Assembly: GCA_002507175.1 (NCBI GenBank)
Contig: DAZE01000005.1
Coordinates: 20,980-84,979 of the forward strand
DNA length: 64,000 nucleotides
Source: Euryarchaeota archaeon UBA558
GTDB lineage: Archaea; Thermoplasmatota; Poseidoniia; Poseidoniales; Thalassarchaeaceae
Direction: 5' to 3'
Under the pieces are notes generated by a model. That model worked only from the letters and a program-made list of their open reading frames with translations, did not search any database and was not told the DNA's origin. Numbering within the stretch: position 1 is the stretch's first letter; each line of letters begins with the position of its first letter. Positions 7,662 through 17,965 of this stretch are shown here, piece by piece. The translations under genes and the position numbers were made by a program.

Positions 7662-9965
7662 ATGAACGAGCAAAAGAACCAGGAATGGAACCTGCTTGTT
7701 CCACTGGCCCCAGCCATCGCCCTCGTACCCGTGTTGGTGGTCATGGGCGTCGAGCCGATCGATCTTGGATTCGCCGCAATCGCTGCACCCCTAGCTATGT
7801 TTCCCGTAGTATTGCTCATAGGCCAGATATGGAATGGGAACGAAAAATGGGTCAGTCGATTCAAGGAGGGAGGAATTCTTGCTCTATCAGCGCTGTCAGT
7901 ATCCCTGATAGCCGGCCTGTGGATGGTTTTGGATTTCTTGGGCGCTGGTGAAAAGAAAGTGCATGGCGACCCCCTAACATGGCTTGACTTCGATGTCCTA
8001 CGTTATGACGGAACACAGTGGAACATTGATGCAGGGTTCACAAACATCTCATTTGGTATTTGGCTCGACCCAATCAGCGCAATGCTGCTCTTCGTTGCAA
8101 CATTTCTGTGCTTCCTGATATGCTGGTTTGCGATTGGCTACATGACCACTGATGACATCAACTCAAACAGGAACCATCGCTTCTTCGCCGAATTCATCCT
8201 ATTCAGCATGGGGATGTTTGGAATGGTGTTGGCTGACAGCTTCCTTTGGTTGTTTATTTTCTGGGAGATCATGGGACTGTGCTCCTATTTGCTAATTGGA
8301 TTCTACTACTGGAAGGAAAGCGCTGCAGCCGCTGCCAAGAAGGCATTCATGACAACAAGGGTGGGGGATGTTTTCCTCATGGTAGGTCTCTTGATGTTGT
8401 ATGACATATACGGATCACTCGACTTCGCAGTTGTTTTTGACAATCCCTCCACTGGGGTGGGGGAGGCCCCGGTCAAAGCGTCGGAGCTCCAACCAGCCCT
8501 GCTCATGCTTTTCATCGGGTGCGTCGGGAAATCAGCTCAATTCCCCCTCCATGTCTGGTTGCCAGATGCTATGGAGGGCCCGACCCCTGTCTCTGCATTG
8601 ATTCATGCTGCAACGATGGTCAATGCTGGACTTTACCTTGTGGCTAGAATGGTTCCCTTCGTCGACGTTGATTACTATGGCGTGATGGGTATGGAGGATC
8701 TAGGAATCATAATCGCATGGGTTGGCGGAATCACCGCATTCATGGCGGCTTCGATTGCCTTCGTACAGAATGACATCAAGAAGGTCCTTGCATATTCCAC
8801 CATGAGCCAACTGGCCTATATTTTCCTAGGTCTCGGCTCCGCATTGTACCTAATGTCAACTGGACACAGGTACGAGGGACTTTTCGTGTTGGGTGGGGCC
8901 CTCTTCCATCTTTTCAATCACGCAATGGCCAAGGGTATGCTGTTCATGGCAAGTGGCTCAGTGATCCATGAAATGCACCATGCTCACCATGAACTCCATC
9001 ACCACGACGGACACGGCCAACACGATGACCACGATGAACACTTTGACGCTCAGGACATGAGAAACATGGGAGGGCTAGCCTCCAAGATGCCAGTGACCTC
9101 AATCGCCATGATGCTAGGAAGCATGTCGATTATTGGTATACCCCTAATTGGAGGCTTTTGGTCCAAGGAAGCAATAATCGCTGAGACATGGTTAGGTGCT
9201 CTAGAGTATGAGCCACTTCTTCTTGGTCCCGCTATTCTCGCGGTTCTGACCGCCGGCATGACTGGATTTTACATGTCCAGGATGTGGATGATGACGTTTG
9301 CTGGTGAACCTAAACACAATGCAGCATCGCACGTCCATGAGGAGACGCTTTGGATAAAGACGCCACTGATCACTCTCTCCATCGTCACTGCTACAACGGG
9401 GGCCCTACTAGCATTCTTCCATATCGGGGAATTCCTCAGCAGCAAAGACTACTCAATGGGCCTTGATGACCTTGACGTCACAAAAGCCCTTCAGATTGCC
9501 TTCCTCCCAGAGAAGCGGACCTTAATGGCCGTTGGTTATGTGACGATAGCCCTCTCCACATTCGTCGGCCCAATTATTGCCATGAAAGTTCACGGTGGTA
9601 GCCTCAAAGAAGGCCAAGAAGCCAATGTGGCGGTATCATGGCTCGTCAGCCTATCTGCGGCCTTCAAGACCATTGATGTGTCTGGAATGGCGAACAGCAG
9701 CCTTTCAGATTCACTTCGAAAGCGCCTTCATTTCGATGACCTATATGACTGGGGAATTTCAAAAACGATCGCTCCAATGGCAAAATTTTCTGCATGGTTC
9801 GACGCTAACGTAATTGACGGGATTGTGAAGCTCGTCGAAAGAACCAGTATACAGGGGTCCCATTGGATCAGGACATACACGACAGGCAGCACAAGGGACT
9901 ACATCCTCATGGCCGCAGTCGGAGCCCTCTCGATTTTCATACTAATTATGGGGGTGACCATTTGA
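7662..9965 (+). CDS. nuoL: Complex I-like antiporter subunit L
   Basis: FWEIMGLCSYLLIGF, GKSAQFPLHVWLPDAMEGPTPVSALIHAATMV, KKVLAYSTMSQL. Confidence 0.96.
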   Translation: MNEQKNQEWNLLVPLAPAIALVPVLVVMGVEPIDLGFAAIAAPLAMFPVVLLIGQIWNGNEKWVSRFKEGGILALSALSVSLIAGLWMVLDFLGAGEKKVHGDPLTWLDFDVLRYDGTQWNIDAGFTNISFGIWLDPISAMLLFVATFLCFLICWFAIGYMTTDDINSNRNHRFFAEFILFSMGMFGMVLADSFLWLFIFWEIMGLCSYLLIGFYYWKESAAAAAKKAFMTTRVGDVFLMVGLLMLYDIYGSLDFAVVFDNPSTGVGEAPVKASELQPALLMLFIGCVGKSAQFPLHVWLPDAMEGPTPVSALIHAATMVNAGLYLVARMVPFVDVDYYGVMGMEDLGIIIAWVGGITAFMAASIAFVQNDIKKVLAYSTMSQLAYIFLGLGSALYLMSTGHRYEGLFVLGGALFHLFNHAMAKGMLFMASGSVIHEMHHAHHELHHHDGHGQHDDHDEHFDAQDMRNMGGLASKMPVTSIAMMLGSMSIIGIPLIGGFWSKEAIIAETWLGALEYEPLLLGPAILAVLTAGMTGFYMSRMWMMTFAGEPKHNAASHVHEETLWIKTPLITLSIVTATTGALLAFFHIGEFLSSKDYSMGLDDLDVTKALQIAFLPEKRTLMAVGYVTIALSTFVGPIIAMKVHGGSLKEGQEANVAVSWLVSLSAAFKTIDVSGMANSSLSDSLRKRLHFDDLYDWGISKTIAPMAKFSAWFDANVIDGIVKLVERTSIQGSHWIRTYTTGSTRDYILMAAVGALSIFILIMGVTI

Positions 9966-11581
9966 GTTTCACCGGACCCCTCAGCATAATCACCCTCGTA
10001 CCACTCCTCTCCGGATTGATACTACTTGTCCTCCCGAATGTCCTCCCCAGTGATATCTCGATGAGGATGAAAGCTTCCGTCAGGAACGTAGCGATTGGCC
10101 TCTCATCGGCCATATTCCTTCTCACGACGTTAATTTTCGTCGGGACCATTGGACAGATAGATTGGCTGTCAATTGGCATGGGGGACTACGTCCTTGAGAC
10201 TGAGGACCCAGTCTGGCTGATCGAGTCGATCGGTGTCACCTGGCACCTCGGGACTGATGCGTTGTCCTTCCCGATGATTTGGCTCACCACGCTTCTGATT
10301 CCAATTTCCATGTTAGTTCAATGGGATGCCGAGGATGGTCACAGTTTCCATTCACTCCTGTTGATCATGGAGGGAGCCCTCATCGGAGTTTTCGTCTCTC
10401 TCGACCTCTTTGTTTTCTACATCTTCTGGGAACTCACGTTGGTCCCGATGTTTTTCCTGATTATGATCTGGGGTGGAGAGGACAGAAAATACGCATCGAT
10501 GAAGTTCTTCATCTACACATTCACGGCAAGCGTCTTGATGCTTGTAGGAATTCTAGTGATGTACTTCAACACAGTTGCAGATCCAAACTACGCAGGGACG
10601 CTAACTGGCCATCACTTCAACTTAGTATTGATGACCGAACAATCAAGGGTTGACGGACTGATAAACAGTGAGGGCCTCAGACACTTTGTCTGGCTCCTAC
10701 TGCTTATCGGCTTTGCGACAAAGATGCCCAGCGTACCAGTCCACACTTGGCTACCCGATGCTCACGTCCAAGCCCCTACCGCGGGCTCCATGCTTCTAGC
10801 CGGGGTCATGCTGAAGATGGGTGCATATGGGTTCCTGAGGATCGCAGTTGCTATGTTCCCAGAATCCACACTCACATTCGTTCCTCTCCTAGTCTTCCTA
10901 GGTATGGCGAGTCTGGTTTACGGAGCGGTAGTGTGTCTCGGGCAAACGAATCTAAAGAGGATGGTCGCGTATTCATCTGTTTCCCACATGGGCCTGATCT
11001 TCCTCGGGATTGCCACAATGCAGCCCCTCGGGTTTGCAGGCGCGCTGTTCATGATGTTCGCCCATGGTATCATCAGCCCTCTGCTGTTCGCTGTCGCTGG
11101 CTCGTTCAAACACCACTACCACACACTCGAGATCGGGTCAATGAGGGGGATTGCCCACCATTCCCCCTTCCTGGCAGGACACATGATGCTTGGTTGGATG
11201 GGTAGCCTCGGACTACCCTTGTTGGCGGGTTTCGTCGCTGAGGTAGCGATTATGATCGCCTTCTGGATGACGTTTGGTTGGTGGGTCCTCCTACCGGCAC
11301 TAACCCTGATCTTCACTGCCCTGTATTACCTTACTTCGATGCAGAAGATGATTTTTGAGTCCGATGATCCGCACATAGGAAAACTCCCAGACACCATGCA
11401 TGACGAAGAACCAAGGGACGTCACGTGGCATGAGAATGCCGGTATGTTTGTCCTCGGCGTTTTGACGATCCTATTCGGTATACTTCCGTTCATATTCTGG
11501 GACATGATGTCCGTTTGGAGCACTGAATTCATTCAGACTTACCTAGTACATGCAATGAACATGCTGGAGGCCTCTCCATGA
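9962..11581 (+). CDS. nuoM: Complex I-like antiporter subunit M
   Basis: FYIFWELTLVPMFF, PVHTWLPDAHVQAP, LKMGAYG, AYSSVSHMG; probable TTG start at 9962 after GGGGTGA RBS, overlapping the nuoL stop. Confidence 0.94.
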   Translation: MSFTGPLSIITLVPLLSGLILLVLPNVLPSDISMRMKASVRNVAIGLSSAIFLLTTLIFVGTIGQIDWLSIGMGDYVLETEDPVWLIESIGVTWHLGTDALSFPMIWLTTLLIPISMLVQWDAEDGHSFHSLLLIMEGALIGVFVSLDLFVFYIFWELTLVPMFFLIMIWGGEDRKYASMKFFIYTFTASVLMLVGILVMYFNTVADPNYAGTLTGHHFNLVLMTEQSRVDGLINSEGLRHFVWLLLLIGFATKMPSVPVHTWLPDAHVQAPTAGSMLLAGVMLKMGAYGFLRIAVAMFPESTLTFVPLLVFLGMASLVYGAVVCLGQTNLKRMVAYSSVSHMGLIFLGIATMQPLGFAGALFMMFAHGIISPLLFAVAGSFKHHYHTLEIGSMRGIAHHSPFLAGHMMLGWMGSLGLPLLAGFVAEVAIMIAFWMTFGWWVLLPALTLIFTALYYLTSMQKMIFESDDPHIGKLPDTMHDEEPRDVTWHENAGMFVLGVLTILFGILPFIFWDMMSVWSTEFIQTYLVHAMNMLEASP

Positions 11582-13245
11582 TACTATCCTCGTCCGAAGC
11601 CGCAGCCATGGCTCCAGAGATGGCGATAATGGCCGGAATACTATTTGCCATCCTTGTGCCAAACCTCGGAGACGCAAAGGCGAGGATCCCACTGACGAGC
11701 TTCAAGTTTCCAATTCTGTGGGGCGGGACTCGATTCGAGATTACCTCCGACCCCAGAGCCCCAGGAATAATCTCAACAGTATCCCTTGCTGTTGCTTGCA
11801 TCCTGTCATTATACGCCATTGAGTCATCGGACGGTAAGACAATATCCGGAGTGATGGAAATCACAGGTTTCGGCAGATTCATGTCTATGGTTTTCACAGC
11901 CGCTCTGGCAATAACAGCAGCGGCGTCGATTTACAGGATACCCTCTACAAAGATCACTGTTGATGACGCCAAGGATGCCGATGAGAGAACCACACTCAGC
12001 CTGATGGACAACAGAAGGCAAGTCGATTTACATATCCTCCTGATGATGGTAGCGCTGGGAATGAGCCTAATGGCTCTGTCAACCAATCTATTTTTCCTAA
12101 TTGTATGTCTGGAGTTGGCATCTATGGCATCATACGTTCTCGTTGGCTTCCACAAGGAGAGCAGAATCGGTGGTGAGGCGGGTGTCAAGTACTTCATCGT
12201 CGGATCAATCGCCTCTGCGACTGGAATTTACGGCATGTCGCTATTGTACCTCTGGGCTGGCAGTTTGGACTTCGCCGGCCTTTCGGCAAGTTGGGCGGCG
12301 ATGGACACACTCGACCCACTCGCGGGAATTGGCGTCGGCCTCATGCTGGTGGCATTCGGCTTCAAAGTCAGCGCCGCACCCTTCCACCTCGCAGCACCTG
12401 ATGCCTATTCTGGTACCAATGCACCAATCGCAGGCATGCTCGCAACGGCCTCGAAAGCCATGGGGTTCGTCGCCATGATGCGAGTCCTTGTTGGGTTCGC
12501 AGCCCCCAATGAAGCGGTGACAGCATGGGCACCCGCACTGGGCGTCCTCGCCATCATAACGATGACTTGGGGCAATCTCGCCGCTTTGTCCTCTGAAAAT
12601 CCAAAGCGCATGTTAGCCTACTCCAGTGTGGCACATGCAGGTTACATGTTGGCAGCATTGGCCGCGCTCGGCTCCGGACTTGCTGATTCCAATACCCAAG
12701 ATCTGCTTCAAATGGCCATAGTCTTCCACTTATCGGTCTTGGTCCTCTTCAAGATGGGGGCGTTCCTCGTACTCACACTACTGGAGATAGAAGGCACAGG
12801 AAAATCGATATCAGACATGAATGGATTAGCTCGTAGGGACCCCATCGTTGCAAGTTCGATGTTCGTATTCATGCTGTCACTGGCTGGAATCCCTCCCCTT
12901 TCTGGCTTCCTTTCCAAGTTCCTAATGATCAATGGGTTGGTTACCACCACAACTGACACTGGTGCTGCCACAGCCGCCAACGCCATGAGCTGGCTGCAAT
13001 CAGTTGATCCATACTTCCTGTTGGCACTCGCGATAGTCCTGAACAGCGCCCTATCCCTGTTTTACTACCTGAGAATCGGCCTATTGATGTTCTTCGAAGA
13101 ACCAGTCACGGATTCTCCACTGCCAAAAGCACCACTGCTCAGAGTGGCCATTCTCGTCTCCATGGTTTTGACGGTGCTGTTCGGACTCGGCCCAGCAAGT
13201 GAATGGCTCTTGTCCCTCGTAGAGACAGCCATCTCAACATTCTAG
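11578..13245 (+). CDS. nuoN: Complex I-like antiporter subunit N
   Basis: EAGVKYF, FKVSAAPFH, KRMLAYSSVAHAGY, SLAGIPPLSGF; ATGA overlap with nuoM. Confidence 0.94.
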   Translation: MILSSSEAAAMAPEMAIMAGILFAILVPNLGDAKARIPLTSFKFPILWGGTRFEITSDPRAPGIISTVSLAVACILSLYAIESSDGKTISGVMEITGFGRFMSMVFTAALAITAAASIYRIPSTKITVDDAKDADERTTLSLMDNRRQVDLHILLMMVALGMSLMALSTNLFFLIVCLELASMASYVLVGFHKESRIGGEAGVKYFIVGSIASATGIYGMSLLYLWAGSLDFAGLSASWAAMDTLDPLAGIGVGLMLVAFGFKVSAAPFHLAAPDAYSGTNAPIAGMLATASKAMGFVAMMRVLVGFAAPNEAVTAWAPALGVLAIITMTWGNLAALSSENPKRMLAYSSVAHAGYMLAALAALGSGLADSNTQDLLQMAIVFHLSVLVLFKMGAFLVLTLLEIEGTGKSISDMNGLARRDPIVASSMFVFMLSLAGIPPLSGFLSKFLMINGLVTTTTDTGAATAANAMSWLQSVDPYFLLALAIVLNSALSLFYYLRIGLLMFFEEPVTDSPLPKAPLLRVAILVSMVLTVLFGLGPASEWLLSLVETAISTF

Positions 13246-13293
13246 CATCGACAGTGGTGGTAGGTTCACATAGGAAACCCCCGACGACAATGC

Positions 13294-13845
13294 ATGGCAC
13301 GTCGCGCAGAAAGGGTCGACTCCGAACTCCTTGCACGATTGGAGTCAGGTGGGAGCGACAAGATCAGGGTTCCCTTACCAAACAGGAAGATCAACGAGAT
13401 GTTTGCGATAGCTGACCAGATTCTTGGTGGGCGGAGGGTGACGGCCGTCTGCGAGGATGGAGAATCAAGACTTGCCCGAATTCCTGGGAAGATGCGACGC
13501 CGACAATGGGTGCGAGAAGGTGATTTGATAGTCGTTCAACCCTGGGATTTCCAAGACTCGAAGGCAGATGTCAGAAGTAGATACACAAAGACGCAGTCAA
13601 TCTACCTCTCACGGAAAGGAGTGCTGCCGGAGATAGTCGATCTCTTCGGATACTCAGACGATGACATAACAGCCATGGATGAGGGCGACATGGAATATGA
13701 CGACCAACCCACAGAGGAAAGGACGAAGTCCGAGGAACCGTTGGAAACCGATCAGGACAATGAGCTAGACCAAATTACAGAGGAAGCCACAGATACCATG
13801 GTCACCAGAAGAGATGAGGACGACATAGATTCATTCTTCGGTTGA
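13294..13845 (+). CDS. eif1a: Translation initiation factor aIF-1A with acidic C-terminal tail
   Basis: LGG...CEDG..RLARIPGKMRRRQWVREGDLIVVQPWDFQ OB-fold signature. Confidence 0.93.
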   Translation: MARRAERVDSELLARLESGGSDKIRVPLPNRKINEMFAIADQILGGRRVTAVCEDGESRLARIPGKMRRRQWVREGDLIVVQPWDFQDSKADVRSRYTKTQSIYLSRKGVLPEIVDLFGYSDDDITAMDEGDMEYDDQPTEERTKSEEPLETDQDNELDQITEEATDTMVTRRDEDDIDSFFG

Positions 13846-13852
13846 GTTTTCC

Positions 13853-14710
13853 ATGGCCATCGACATCATCAGCATCCTAATCCCTGCAGTCTTTGCCGGG
13901 CTTGTAGCAATCATATCTACCGTCTTTGTGGAACGTGGTGGTGGTGCTATCGGGGGAATCATAACCCTGCCGACCACAATCGTCCCTGCCAGCCTAGGTA
14001 TTTGGTCGGAGGTCGGATCAGAGGAGTCTTTCTCCGCAGCCATGTCAATAGTGCCGGTTGGCATGCTCCTGAATCTGCTCTTTTTGGGGATATGGAGAAA
14101 CTCTCCCATGTGGTTTGGTGGCCTGTTGAAGGGAAACTCCCTACTCACCGCCGTCTCCGTGTTATCAGTGGCCCTGTGGGCCATCTTCGCCGGCATTTCC
14201 GCGTCCATAGTGGAAATGACATCAAATTCAATCGATCCTCTAATGATTGCGATAACGACAACATCGGCTTCCATTGTTTTGGGATTTGTGGCAGTGAAGT
14301 CGAACCCCACAGCACCAGCCGGAAAGAATGCAGTTGGCTGGGGCGTCTTGTTGGTCAGGGGCACAGCTGCTGGCTTAGCGATTGGGGCCTCAGTATGGAT
14401 TGCATCGATGGGTTTGCCATTCATTTCTGGAATAATCTCTGTCTTCCCAGCCATATTTCTAACCACCATGGTTTCGCTTTGGCTGTCCCAGGGACCTGAA
14501 GTCCCCATCGGAGCTGCTGGACCCATGATGTTGGGATCAGCCTCGGTATCCATCTATGCCATCCTCACCATTTTCCTGTTCCCTGTGATGAGCCCTTGGA
14601 TGGGGGCGATAATTTCATGGTTCATTGTCATAGGTACTTTTACAGCCCCAGTTGGTTATTGGACATGGCGAACTCTTGATGGAGGAGAAGTGCAGGTGAG
14701 TAATGGATGA
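13853..14710 (+). CDS. Multi-pass membrane protein with internal two-fold repeat (DUF3147/GlpM-like?)
   Basis: About 8-10 hydrophobic segments; GGIITLPTTI versus SGIISVFPAIF in the two halves. Confidence 0.6.
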   Translation: MAIDIISILIPAVFAGLVAIISTVFVERGGGAIGGIITLPTTIVPASLGIWSEVGSEESFSAAMSIVPVGMLLNLLFLGIWRNSPMWFGGLLKGNSLLTAVSVLSVALWAIFAGISASIVEMTSNSIDPLMIAITTTSASIVLGFVAVKSNPTAPAGKNAVGWGVLLVRGTAAGLAIGASVWIASMGLPFISGIISVFPAIFLTTMVSLWLSQGPEVPIGAAGPMMLGSASVSIYAILTIFLFPVMSPWMGAIISWFIVIGTFTAPVGYWTWRTLDGGEVQVSNG

Positions 14711-15594
14711 GGAAGCCAGAGGACGAAGAGTGGGAGGACAAGCCCGGCTACGGGGATGATTCAGTACCTACACAGCATTGGATGGAGGAACCGAGATACA
14801 AGCAACTATTCAATGAAATAGAGGACAAGATATCCGGCGTCCTGGGGAAAGGCGAATTTGAGTGGTCTGATAGAAGGGTCTTCGATAGCGTCTTTGATCA
14901 AAGCACACTCCTAGCACTCCACAAATTGATGGAGGGAGGGGAGATCGATACCCTCGACTTTCCGATAGCAAGAGGAAAAGAGGCACATGTATTCCATGCT
15001 ACGAGTTCAACTGGGCCGGTGGCCGTGAAGATATTCCATACTACTAACGCCGTCTTCAAATCGCTCTCCAAATACATAGACGGAGACCCAAGATTCGGCG
15101 GGTTGAAAAGGCGACATAGGGAAATTGTCAACGTATGGGTGAGAAAAGAAGTTAGGAACCTTCGACGTTGCAGAAGACATGGAATTCCTGCTCCTATGCC
15201 TAGAGCCAATTACAAGAACGTCCTCGTAATGGACCTAATCGGAAGCCTGAACGAACCATCGCCTAGACTCAGAGATGTCACAGTTCCAAATGTAGAGAAA
15301 GTGTTCAACGAATTGATAAAAATGATATCTGTCATGTGGCAAAGAGCCACGATGGTCCACTCTGATTTCAGCGAATACAACATACTCTGGCATGAGGATG
15401 AACCATGGATTATCGACGTTGGACAGGCCGTCGTCGAACAACACCCTTCAGCTAGGGAGTTCCTAGTTCGGGACGTAACAAGAATTGTTGAGTGGGCAAA
15501 TCGTAGTGGCATCAAGGTCGATGTCGCGGAGGCGTTGCTGAGAGTTATCGACGATCCAGCTCCAGAATTAGAACCTCTGCCTGGATTGGATTGA
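14707..15594 (+). CDS. rio1: RIO1-family atypical protein kinase
   Basis: GKEAHVF, VAVKIF, VHSDFSEYNIL, IIDVGQAV; context with aIF-1A and Dim2. Confidence 0.93.
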   Translation: MRKPEDEEWEDKPGYGDDSVPTQHWMEEPRYKQLFNEIEDKISGVLGKGEFEWSDRRVFDSVFDQSTLLALHKLMEGGEIDTLDFPIARGKEAHVFHATSSTGPVAVKIFHTTNAVFKSLSKYIDGDPRFGGLKRRHREIVNVWVRKEVRNLRRCRRHGIPAPMPRANYKNVLVMDLIGSLNEPSPRLRDVTVPNVEKVFNELIKMISVMWQRATMVHSDFSEYNILWHEDEPWIIDVGQAVVEQHPSAREFLVRDVTRIVEWANRSGIKVDVAEALLRVIDDPAPELEPLPGLD

Positions 15595-15619
15595 ATAAGG
15601 ACGTTTAGGAGAAAGGGAC

Positions 15620-16333
15620 ATGGAATCACTCACTAGGATACCCAAGGAACGCATTGCAGTTCTCATCGGAAAGGGGGGCGAAACAAGGAAATCAATAGAA
15701 GAGGCCTCTGGAGTAAAACTCCACATTGATTCCACCACGGGTGAGGTTTCGGTGGACTGGCCGACCGACGTCGACCCGGTTTTGAGACTGAAACTTCCGG
15801 ACATAATCCGCGCCATAGGCAGGGGCCTTGCTCCCAACCGGGCCCTTCGGTTGATCGGAGATGATGCTTTCCTGCGCATCTACGACATAAGGGAATGGGT
15901 CGGGAGGAAAGGGAACCACACCCGCCGTATGCGCAGTAGGCTCATTGGCAGGGACGGGAGGATTAGATCTCTGATCGAGAGTTTTACTGGCACGGAGATC
16001 GCAATTCATGGATCCACAGTGGTAGTCATTGGGGATGAATTGGGCTTAATGACAGCCTGCACCGCCATCGAGGGTCTCTTGGATGGCGCTGAGCACAGCA
16101 CCGTGATCAGGGGCATGGAAAGGGACGTACGCAGAAGGAGGATCGAAGATAGGAGCCTGGATAGCTATCAAGTCAAAGATGCCACGACAAACACTGCTAC
16201 AGAGTTCGAGGATCTGGTGCCAAGATTGGCTGAAATTAGAAACAGAAGGAAAAACATCGACACCCAAGAACTCACCGAAGATATCGGGACAACGGAAGCA
16301 GATCATGATACGGGTGCGCACTCCGAGGAATGA
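15620..16333 (+). CDS. dim2: KH-domain pre-rRNA processing protein Dim2/Pno1
   Basis: Two KH GxxG loops (LIGKGG, LIGRDG), AIGRG, GAEH. Confidence 0.9.
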   Translation: MESLTRIPKERIAVLIGKGGETRKSIEEASGVKLHIDSTTGEVSVDWPTDVDPVLRLKLPDIIRAIGRGLAPNRALRLIGDDAFLRIYDIREWVGRKGNHTRRMRSRLIGRDGRIRSLIESFTGTEIAIHGSTVVVIGDELGLMTACTAIEGLLDGAEHSTVIRGMERDVRRRRIEDRSLDSYQVKDATTNTATEFEDLVPRLAEIRNRRKNIDTQELTEDIGTTEADHDTGAHSEE

Positions 16334-16388
16334 CGGATTATGACTGCCTAAACGGAGGTTGATACGACCCCCCGCCTCTTCAGAGTCG

Positions 16389-17924
16389 ATGCCGGTCAAC
16401 GTTGTATGGTTCAAGCGTGACCTCAGGATCAGGGACCATGCGCCCCTGTCCGAAGCCGCAAAGGGAAGCGATCCACTGATCCTTTTGTATCTCATAGAAC
16501 CCGAGAGATTGGCTCAGCCCGATACCGATCCAACGCATATCGAGTGGGAGTTAGATTGTGCAACTGAACTGGATAAAAATTTGAAGGCTATGGGAGGATC
16601 CTTGCATGTCGTATACTCCAATGTAATTGATTGCCTTTCAAAAATTAACTCCGAATACCGAATAAACAAAATATTCTCCCATCAAGAAACTGGAATATCT
16701 TGGTCCTATGAACGAGATCGTAGGGTCAAGGAGTGGTGCAACAAAGAAGGTGTGTCCTGGGAGGAGTTCCCCACAAATGGCGTCGTTCGGGGGTTGATGG
16801 ACAGGGACCACTGGAAGGGGTTCAGGGACAAGAGAATGTCGAACCCCCCAATTCCCCCGCCCGTTTCAATAAGATCGATACCCGCAACAGACAGCAAGCC
16901 TACGGTTGATTCTATGGGTTTGACTCCCAGAAAGTTAACTCAACGCCCGAACCCCGGAGAGAATGCAGCAATCGAAACCCTAGACTCGTTTCTGAATTTG
17001 AGAGGCGAACAATACAGATGGCGAATGTCCTCACCTGCGGAGGCGAGCTACCACTGCTCAAGGCTATCACCATATTTCAGCACTGGTTGTCTCTCAATCA
17101 GAAGTGCCCTCTGGAAGACCAACCAAAGAAAAGCCGCGTTGAAAGACTCGAAGATCAGCAACAAAAGCAAATCATCGTGGGCCAAGAGCTTGAGCTCATT
17201 TCAGAGTAGATTGGCGTGGCACTGTCATTTCATCCAGAAACTCGAACAAGAACCCACATTGGACCTCATCGCAATGAACGTAGATTTAGACTCGCGCATG
17301 GAAAGGGAATATGACGAGACTACCTTCCGTGCATGGGCATCAGGCAATACCGGCTGGCCGTTCTTTGATGCCTGCATGAGACAACTGATTTCCACTGGTT
17401 GGATCAACTTCAGGATGAGAGCGATGATTATGTCTGTATCATCATACACCCTCTGGCTGCCTTGGAGGGATTCCGGCTTACACTTGGCGAGGCTTTTCCT
17501 GGACTACGAGCCTGGCATACACTGGTCCCAAGTCGGCATGCAATCCGGAACAACCGGAATCAACTCAATCCGAGCCTACTCTGTCCATAAACAGGGATTG
17601 GATCACGATCCCTACGGCGATTTCATAAAATCCTGGATACCTTCGTTGAAAAACGTCCCAACTGAATTCATTCATGAGCCATGGAAGATGCCAGTTAGTA
17701 TCCAAAACGAGAGTGGGTGTGTAATAGGAAGAGATTACCCGTTGCCGGTGCTGGATGAGTCAAAATCAAGAAGAGAGGGTGTCAAGAGGGCTTACTCAGC
17801 GAGAAGGAGTGCAAAGTCTAGAGAAACGAGCAAGAAGGTATACGAAAAACATGGAAGTAGGAAGAATAGACGCAGAAGGAAGCCCATAAGGACAGACGAT
17901 CCGCTACAGACGAAGTTATTCTGA
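16389..17924 (+). CDS. Cryptochrome/DNA photolyase family protein
   Basis: VVWFKRDLRIRDH, SRLSPY, TGWPFFDACMRQL..TGWINFRMRAM, FLDYEPGIHW. Confidence 0.92.
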   Translation: MPVNVVWFKRDLRIRDHAPLSEAAKGSDPLILLYLIEPERLAQPDTDPTHIEWELDCATELDKNLKAMGGSLHVVYSNVIDCLSKINSEYRINKIFSHQETGISWSYERDRRVKEWCNKEGVSWEEFPTNGVVRGLMDRDHWKGFRDKRMSNPPIPPPVSIRSIPATDSKPTVDSMGLTPRKLTQRPNPGENAAIETLDSFLNLRGEQYRWRMSSPAEASYHCSRLSPYFSTGCLSIRSALWKTNQRKAALKDSKISNKSKSSWAKSLSSFQSRLAWHCHFIQKLEQEPTLDLIAMNVDLDSRMEREYDETTFRAWASGNTGWPFFDACMRQLISTGWINFRMRAMIMSVSSYTLWLPWRDSGLHLARLFLDYEPGIHWSQVGMQSGTTGINSIRAYSVHKQGLDHDPYGDFIKSWIPSLKNVPTEFIHEPWKMPVSIQNESGCVIGRDYPLPVLDESKSRREGVKRAYSARRSAKSRETSKKVYEKHGSRKNRRRRKPIRTDDPLQTKLF

Positions 17925-17965
17925 ATATCCGATCAACTCAATACACCCCTCCGACTCCAAGGGCT

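Noticed and set aside
13831-14553. 240-aa antisense ORF
   Set aside because: Shadow of the membrane-protein gene on the plus strand; no motifs
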